Shown here piece by piece: positions 56,277 to 64,000 of a stretch of 64,000 nt of DNA (positions within the stretch are counted from its first letter, which is position 1; the number at the start of each line of letters is the position of its first letter). This stretch comes from Strigamia acuminata. Its lineage: Eukaryota. The notes beneath the pieces were generated by a model, which ran no database searches, had not been told where the DNA came from, and worked only from the letters and a program-made list of their open reading frames with translations. The position numbers and the translations under genes are program-made. The stretch covers positions 6,572,001-6,636,000 of the forward strand of contig OX442314.1 of the NCBI GenBank assembly GCA_949358305.1, written 5' to 3'.

Positions 56277-58613
56277 ATGGATCCAAACAATCTTCCTAAC
56301 GAAGAAAAAGTGGCTGAAGAAAAGGCCGTAGAAGAAATAGTTAGCTTGGATTCAAGTTATGTAAAACTTTGTGACCAAACGGAAATGATTCCCGATGAAC
56401 TCACACAGTTTTGTACGCATTACGAACTAGATAGAACTCAGTTCAAAACCATAATCGAAGCTTCTGAATTTGTGACGAAGCGGGCGTTACGTAACATACG
56501 TATTAATCCAACTCCGGAAAAACGAGCAGAACTTTCGAAGGAGAGTTCGGCGAACCATAATTCTGGAAAGGACCCAATCCCGTCGCCAAGAGATCTGTCT
56601 GAAGAAAACAGATCACGATCTAAAACTCCACAACGTAAGTTGGGAGATCAAGCAAGAATTAAAACTCCGTCGGTTCGTAACCAAGATATTCGAGAATTAT
56701 TTCGAACATCAAGCAAGGAATCGCTTGATCAGTCCAGTTTAGGAAATAGAACTCCTCACTCCCGCAACGCCAGTTACCACAATACTCCAAGTATTTCGGA
56801 GGTAGGAGGATCCAATTTTTCAACTTTTCAACCTGAAAATGCTAAAAAGCAACCCAATCCACATATTTATACGGAGAATGGGACGAGACATTTTGCCAAA
56901 CAAACCCCTAGAGGGCGAGGCAATAAATCCGCCATTCGACGGAAATTATCTCCACTACCATCTCCAGTCTTACCTCAAACTCGACAAGAACAATTGAGAT
57001 TAGACGAAGTGGAAAAGGAACGAATTAGGCTGGAAGCAATTAATCAAAAACAGATTAACGACGAAAAGATTCGCCAAGATAAACTTGAAGGAGAAGTTGT
57101 CAATCAAAACGAAGTTCGTAAGTCAATAGACAAAAACGATAAAATTCTAATTGATCAATTACGGGCTCAATGGCGACAGGAACACGATGAAAAGTTCCAA
57201 AAGCAACAAGATCAATACAATAAGAAGTGGGCGGAAGTGAACAGAATTGAAGACAATCAACGCAAGCGGGAGAAAACCTTACAGGAAAGCATCCGGCTAA
57301 ATCTCGCGGCGTCCACTCGGGCTAGCCATGGTAGTGAACCCCGAGACCAGACAAATCCGTCACGTGCATCTACCGATGACATTCCAAGTTCACATTCCTC
57401 GGCAGAAAGTTCTACAGAAACTAGACTTCCCTCTGACGGAACTAATATTTCATTTGACTATATTTTGAAAATGCAACAAAATATGGCCGCCCAATTCCAA
57501 AAACAATTGGATAGTCGAATAGATACATTCGTTCAAACTCAACAAACAGCTGGGCCGCAACGATCTAATAATCCAGGACCCAGTAAAGTCTTTTTCAAAG
57601 GACAAGACCTTCCAGTTTTCGATGGAAAACAGGAGGATATAGATAAATTTTTATCAGTAGCTAAAACTGTAGCTATTTCAAAGGGATTAACTCTGGACGA
57701 AATGGTTAATCAAGGTATTCCCACCTATTTGTCTGGATTAGCCCAACAATGGTATGACGAGAATAAAACCAAGTTTACCAACTGGGAAACCTTCGTAGAA
57801 TTATTTCGTGAAGAATTCGACATGATTCCAACTACTCGACTCCGAAATTTACGAAAAGTAATCCAAGGAGACGATGAACCTTTATATGAATTTCTAGTCA
57901 GATTCACTAAAGCCCAAGGATCGTACTCCGAAAGAGGAAATGTTGCCACACTTTTCGACAACTTGAATTGGACAAGTTACAATAGATTAATCGATCGAAA
58001 TCTATACAGGAGCGATTCAGTAGACAAAATCTTTCAATTCGTACGAACGAATAGAGCACTCTTTGAACCCCAAAGAATCCGTACAGAGAATTCCAAGGAA
58101 ATTGATAAAGTGGTATCTAACAACCAGAAGTATTCTAAAGATACCAAAAATATGAGACCTTCTGCTCGATCCACTCAAATGATGGAAATAGAGTCGGAAG
58201 AAGAAACGATCGAAGTCAATGAATTAACGGAGAATAATGTATCAATGGATAACTTATTATGTGCCATGTCGGAAAATCAGACAGGGAAATGTTTTCATTG
58301 TAAACAACCAGGTCATTTCAAAAGAGAATGTCCTCTGCTTCCAAAGCGAAAATTTAGCAATAATTTCCCTGGAAATAATAATTCCAATAACAATAGCGCT
58401 AATCAGCAGCCGAACGAATTTAAGCGACCACGCCAAAATTGGGTAACTGCCGAAGCTATTGATCAAAAAATGGAAGAATTAAAAACTGATATGAATAACA
58501 GTATGCAAACAACGATAAGTAAGACAGTGTCGGATTTATTTAGTAAATTCTTAGACCCGAAGAACGCTACTACGGCACCAATTACTGAAACCCCACCGGT
58601 TCCAAAAAACTAG
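56277..58613 (+). CDS. gag: E4 Gag (778 aa)
   Basis: CCHC knuckle CFHCKQPGHFKREC; DLPVFDGK...AQQWY...W region. Confidence 0.95.
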   Translation: MDPNNLPNEEKVAEEKAVEEIVSLDSSYVKLCDQTEMIPDELTQFCTHYELDRTQFKTIIEASEFVTKRALRNIRINPTPEKRAELSKESSANHNSGKDPIPSPRDLSEENRSRSKTPQRKLGDQARIKTPSVRNQDIRELFRTSSKESLDQSSLGNRTPHSRNASYHNTPSISEVGGSNFSTFQPENAKKQPNPHIYTENGTRHFAKQTPRGRGNKSAIRRKLSPLPSPVLPQTRQEQLRLDEVEKERIRLEAINQKQINDEKIRQDKLEGEVVNQNEVRKSIDKNDKILIDQLRAQWRQEHDEKFQKQQDQYNKKWAEVNRIEDNQRKREKTLQESIRLNLAASTRASHGSEPRDQTNPSRASTDDIPSSHSSAESSTETRLPSDGTNISFDYILKMQQNMAAQFQKQLDSRIDTFVQTQQTAGPQRSNNPGPSKVFFKGQDLPVFDGKQEDIDKFLSVAKTVAISKGLTLDEMVNQGIPTYLSGLAQQWYDENKTKFTNWETFVELFREEFDMIPTTRLRNLRKVIQGDDEPLYEFLVRFTKAQGSYSERGNVATLFDNLNWTSYNRLIDRNLYRSDSVDKIFQFVRTNRALFEPQRIRTENSKEIDKVVSNNQKYSKDTKNMRPSARSTQMMEIESEEETIEVNELTENNVSMDNLLCAMSENQTGKCFHCKQPGHFKRECPLLPKRKFSNNFPGNNNSNNNSANQQPNEFKRPRQNWVTAEAIDQKMEELKTDMNNSMQTTISKTVSDLFSKFLDPKNATTAPITETPPVPKN

Positions 58614-61600
58614 TGGCGGGGGTCCTCGAGCCCCCTATCATTAATTCCGAAGGAATTTCACCACCAGACTTAGAACAAGTACTTTCCGAAACTTTGGATA
58701 ATTTAACTATTCAAGATAAAGAAATTAAGCGTGCTCGTCCCAACCGGAAGACACGGAAAAGAAACTGGAATTACAAGTTTAAAATCGCATCAAATACACC
58801 TTTTCCGGCAGAGGAGACAGCAAACCCGTTCTTGAATTTTCACGACGACCTGTTTTCTCTAGATAAGGGGGACGAATCTTTAGCTAGATTGATACAAGAT
58901 ACATCCAATCTTAATATTCGTGATGAATCCACCAGTTCTAGTGGAGGAGTATTCGAGAATTTACAATCAATGATTGATAATTTGAATCCCGACTCCAAAT
59001 CCTCCAGATTTGCGAGATTAAAATCTTACATTAACGAGAATCAGTTAAAACGAAAAGATGGCATCGAACGAATTAATAAATTGGGAAATCACATCGACGA
59101 CCCCCGAATGAAAATTACAATAGGTGGACTCACCTATAATGCTTTGATGGACTCAGGAGCCACACAGTGTTTTATTGGGTTGCAATTACTAAGTAAAACT
59201 TGTGCATCTCCCGATTTCATACAAGATTGTCCAAAACACATGAGAGTTTGTGCAGTTGGAGTTACTCATATTCCACTAGGACAAATTACTTTGTGTGTAC
59301 AATGGGCAGATGGAGCAGAATTCACACCAATAAATTTTATCATTTTGGATAATAATGTGTGTGGATTAATTATCGGACATAATTTTATGCGCCGAACCAA
59401 AATTAATTTAAATCCAGCACGAGCTGTATTTACTTGCGACAGCAAGTCCGACTGGACTGCACCCTACGAAACTGACGAGTTAAATTGTAATTTAGCTCGA
59501 GTACAAGTGTTGACTGACAACGCAACAGCCACACACACGCCAGATAATTGGGAAGAATTGCTGGTAAAGGATTGTGACTGTTCAGATGAGGAAAAAAGTA
59601 AATTACGCGAAGTAATTGCTAGTGTTAAGAACGTCTTTAGAGATAAAGTCGGATGTACTAACATAATAAAGCATAAGATCACCTTTAAAAAGGATGTAAC
59701 GTGGAAAAAACAACCATTTCGAATGTATAACCCTGCTAAAATAGCCATTATGACTAAATTAGTAGAAGAATTAGAAGCGGATAATTTGATCGAAAGAGCT
59801 ACTGGACCTTACATAAGTCATCCAGTGATCGTAGCCAAACCAAATGGTACTTATCGTTTATGTATCGATTATCGGTGGTTGAATGCAATCACCGAAATTA
59901 ACGCCATACAAATGCCAAGTATTGATTTGTTACTCCACAATACAAATCAGGCAAAATATTTCACGTCTCTTGACCTTACCAAAGGTTATTATCAGGTCGA
60001 GATGGACGAGGAAGATAGACAGAAAACAGCCTTTTATACTCCGAAAGGCAATTACCAATTTGTCCGCATGCCTTTTGGTCTTTGCAATGCGCCGTGTACA
60101 TTTCAGTTCTTAATGGAACGAGTGATGGGCGAAGCATTATACAAACACGCGTTAGTCTATTTGGACGACGTGATAATCTTCTCCACCACTTGGGAGAAAC
60201 ATCTGGAACATATCAAAGATGTGTTGAAAAGACTAGATAAGGCCAACTTATCAGTAAACAAGGAAAAATCAAAATTTGGAAAAACTACACTCAAATTTTT
60301 GGGTCATTTGATAACTCCAACCGGATTAGCACCTGACCCAGACAAGATAGTATCCGTTAGGAAATATCCAACTCCTAAGAATTCCAAGGATATTCAACGA
60401 TTTCATGGCTTGTCAAATTTCTTCCGGAAATTTATTCCCGAACATGCAAAAATTGCTAGGCCTCTAACTAGCATGATGCATGATAAAGCAGTGTTCGAAT
60501 GGGGAGAAGAACAAGAGAAAGCTTTTGAAACAATAAAAAATATTTTATGTGACGAAACACAAGTTTTGTTAATGCCAGATATGATGAAACCATTCGTAAT
60601 CTTGACAGACGCATCACATGATGGACTTGGTAGTGTGTTATGCCAAGATGTAGAATTCTTCGATGAAGGAAAAAGAGAAATGATCATGACTCCTAGACCC
60701 GTAGCTTATGCTAGTCGAGTCTTACGAGGGGCAGAAGTACGCTACTCAACACCCGAACTCGAGTGTTTAGCAGTAGTGTGGGCAGTCGACAAATTCCGAC
60801 CGTATATCGAATATACGACATTTACTTTGGAATCAGACGCCGAAGCATTAAAATGGCTGATGGGAACACCAGAACCATCGGGACGATTTGGTCGTTGGGC
60901 AATTAAACTTCAATGTGGCGCCTTTAAGATTAAATATCGACGGGGTACCCAGAACCAAGTTGCCGACGCCTTCTCGAGAGCGCCTTTGGAGATCGAAGAC
61001 ATTCCAGAGAATGATTATTGTGAGCCAATCGAGATTACTCAATTCTGGCCAGAATGGGACGGAAATCGAGAAATTATTCGAAGGAATAATAAAGAAGATT
61101 GCCAATTTCTAACGAATGTGCAGCTTCATTTCGATTATTCCAAAGTATTATACAATACTTTGGAAAAGGGGGAGAAAATGGATGAAGCTACAGAAGAAAC
61201 ACTATTTAGTGCTTTAACGGAAGTTTTAAAGGAAGTTCCACCGACTCGAGAAGAAATTATAGAAGCTCAACTAGCCGACAAAGAGTGTAGAATAATAATC
61301 GATCATCTGAAACGAGATGAAATCGAACAAAGAAAGTTTAAGAAAACTAAAGAATGGATGAAAGCAGTCCAAGGTTACCAATTAGATTTTCAAGAAGAAA
61401 ATGGTAATGAAATGCTGATTTATTTCAAACCAACGTTTGAAGAGGAATTGAATGACTCTGGAAACGGATTTAAAGCTGTCATTCCACCGTCATTAGTACG
61501 AAGAGTACTGTTTGCCTGTCACGGACATCCATTAAGTGGACATGCAGGGATGAGTAAGACGCTCGAACGAGCAAAACTTATATATTACTGGCCGAAGATG

Positions 61601-62777
61601 AATAAAGATACTCGCAATTACGTCCGAAGTTGTATTCATTGCCAGCAATACAAGCCCTGTCAACATAAAAAGCATAGAGCGAGTTACACTCCTCATAACA
61701 TGTCTTACCCGTGGGAAGTAATCTGCATTGATTTAATGGGTCCCAAACCGACAGGAAGAAGCCAATACAGATTTGTATTAGTAATTATAGATCAATGTAC
61801 TAAATGGGTAGAATTATTCCCTTTAAGTAAGGCATCTAGTGAATCTATTGTGAATAGGTTAGGAGAAGTGATTCATAGATGGGGATACCCAAAGAAAATT
61901 GTTAGTGATAACGGGAGCCAATTCATATCCACGATTTATGAAGAGTTTTGTAAAAAACACAACATCAGAATGGCTCATGTGAGTCCATATCACGCTCAGG
62001 CCAATCCTACGGAAAGGGCCAATAGAGACATCAAAATAATGCTGGCTCTTTATTCAGACATTCACTCCCATTGGCCGAGATTCTTAAACGAATTTGCATT
62101 TGCCTCGAGAACGGCTAAATCAGAAGCTACAGGCGCAACGCCATTCTTATTGAACACAGGAAGAAATGTACCTCTTCCCTTTGATCCTCGGATCATTCAA
62201 CATGCAAAATGCATTTGACAAGAATAACCCGGAAGAATACGTATATAATTTACTTGGAATTTTACGTCGAGCACATCAAGAGATGCATTTGCGTATTCAA
62301 GCAAATTATGAGAGACACGACAAGATTCACAGAAATAAATTTCACATTTGTGAATATACTGTCGGTGATTTGGTATGGAAAGCCACTCACATCCTTTCAA
62401 ATAAAGAGAAAGGAATTACTAAAGGTTTCGCCGAGAAACGAGATGGACCGTGGGAAATTACGGAAGTTTTACCTGGAGGTGCTTATAAGTTGAGAAAATT
62501 AGTTGATGGATCAATAGAACCATCCATAAATACTGATGATCTCTCACCTTATATCCCATCCTACCCGATTGAAACTTGGACTCTCGATCAAAAGAGTGGA
62601 AAAGTAGAGAAACACCCAAACCCAGATTGGATGAACGAAAGTTCGATCATAAATAATTCAAGTGAATTAAATAATCAAGAATTAGGAAATAATTCTGCAA
62701 ATATGAAATTTATTTTGAGTCACCCGCATACGCACTCAGCTGTTCGGGATGAAAAAAGTCCTGTTTTGAGATATTAA
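58604..62777 (+). CDS. pol: E4 Pol (PR-RT-RH-IN) with a +1 insertion at 62206-62209 splitting the integrase C-terminus
   Basis: ALMDSGA, YLDD, TDAS, HHCC and DDE motifs. ORF 62166-62777 continues the E1-like sequence (N.FDK.NPE.YV...RDGPWEIT). Confidence 0.95.
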
Positions 62778-62846
62778 TAAAATCATTTCGCAAGAATAAC
62801 ATAAACTTATGAATAAAATTTATAAGTTGAGTAATTAAGGGGGATG

Positions 62847-64000
62847 TATGACGGTTTATAAGTGCTATTTATTAATAACACGGCCAAATTTTAAGTGTTT
62901 TTTGCGAAACCCGCATTTGTCAATGCTCCGAGTCGCCACTAGATGGCGCGATTATAATTCAGCGGTAAATTCGAATTGCGAGTTAAGAAAACTGGTAAAT
63001 AAATATAAGAATATATTTATTTGTATGAAACGACACTTTATTAGGATTAATATAAATATATATTAATAATTATTGTTCACACTAAGTGATGGGAATCTCT
63101 AGTTCAGCAGAAATGGAGATTTGATAATCCATCGATCAACCGATCGATGTGATTGGTGGATCCATTTCCGGTCCTGGGTATCCAGTTCCGGTTGTGGTGT
63201 GAATTAGCATATTGCTCCTCCGTATCCACTTCCGGCGATACGGGATTGGAGGGATTCGTGGAACCCATGTTCCAATTGGTTGATTGGATTAATCTCTAAT
63301 CCAGTCAGGTTATATAAACCCAAACAACCGGCCATCCGGCAGCTCTGTTTGATTATTTTCTGTTTGGTATTGTTACTTAAGAAATATGATTCGTTGTTCA
63401 CGTAAAAAAACCTTTTGGTTCTTTGTTGATTTATTCACAAAGAACCGTTGCATGATTCTACAGAATCATGCCACCGCCGGCAATTGAAGTCGAAGTGCTG
63501 GGATCATTATGTTGCATAAATGTTACAGTTTACGGTTGCGACGCCGAAGGAGAACCCGCCGTTGTGCAATTCAGTATCCTCCGGACAGGACCATGTGGTC
63601 TTTCTCGGTATGAACGTATTCCGTTACCGCAAGTAGCATCGTTGCTGTTGAGAATTAGTTCCTTCACCGGATGGTGCCAAAGCAGTCTGTTTTACAGTAA
63701 CCACGAGTAGCACCAAGTGTTTGGCAAGCTGATTCTCATGGTATTCGATGCCAAAGTAGTCGGTCTATTATTAGTACCGCGAGAGATTATACTGCTGTGC
63801 GGAGCCGCGAGCTATCGACTCCTGTGTACGTGATACCGTCAATCGCCAGACGAACGACCGTGTCGCGACGCAGGGGACGCTTGATACCGTTCTGCATTGC
63901 AAGGCGTATATTTTCTTTCGACGGCAATTGTGTGTTGCGACGGGAAGCCTAATCTTCATTTTATTTATAACAGCTAAATATTAACTTGGCGACAAGTTGA
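62847..64000 (+). repeat. E4 3' LTR (partial)
   Basis: Repeat of 53530-54683; no differences noticed. Confidence 0.95.

Larger units (their letters stand above)
53530..64000 (+). mobile_element. Ty3/Gypsy LTR retrotransposon E4 (3' LTR runs off the window; no ORF3)
   Basis: LTR repeat at offset 9317, PBS, PPT aaggggga (62837-62844), gag and pol closely related to E1. The start could be 53528. Confidence 0.96.

Overview
AT-rich eukaryotic (probably invertebrate) genomic DNA in which about 92% of the window is young mobile DNA inserted in and around one host gene. It holds four Ty3/Gypsy LTR retrotransposons from four different families. E1 (1476-15833, +) and E4 (53530 to beyond the window end, +) are primed by tRNA-Gln. 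E2 (17562-30732, -) and E3 (39664-51425, -) are primed by tRNA-Pro. Each has near-identical LTRs and an A-AAA-AAC -1 gag-pol frameshift site; the three complete elements also have 4-bp target-site duplications (TSDs). A non-autonomous Polinton/Maverick-like element (30962-51731; AGTAGT...ACTACT ends, 6-bp TSD GAAACA, ~2.7-kb inverted arms) carries E3 inside its right arm. The host gene is a minus-strand DEG/ENaC (pickpocket-like) channel gene, apparently pseudogenised, in which two channel subunits are fused head-to-tail in one reading frame. The most novel features are: (i) a large, spliced, non-env third gene downstream of pol in E1, E2 and E3, homologous between E2 and E3, each preceded by a second polypurine-tract-like sequence; (ii) the concatenated DEG/ENaC gene; (iii) a duplicated, covarying, pseudoknot-capable RNA motif in the long E1 LTR. 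All comparisons were made by eye and no database searches were run.
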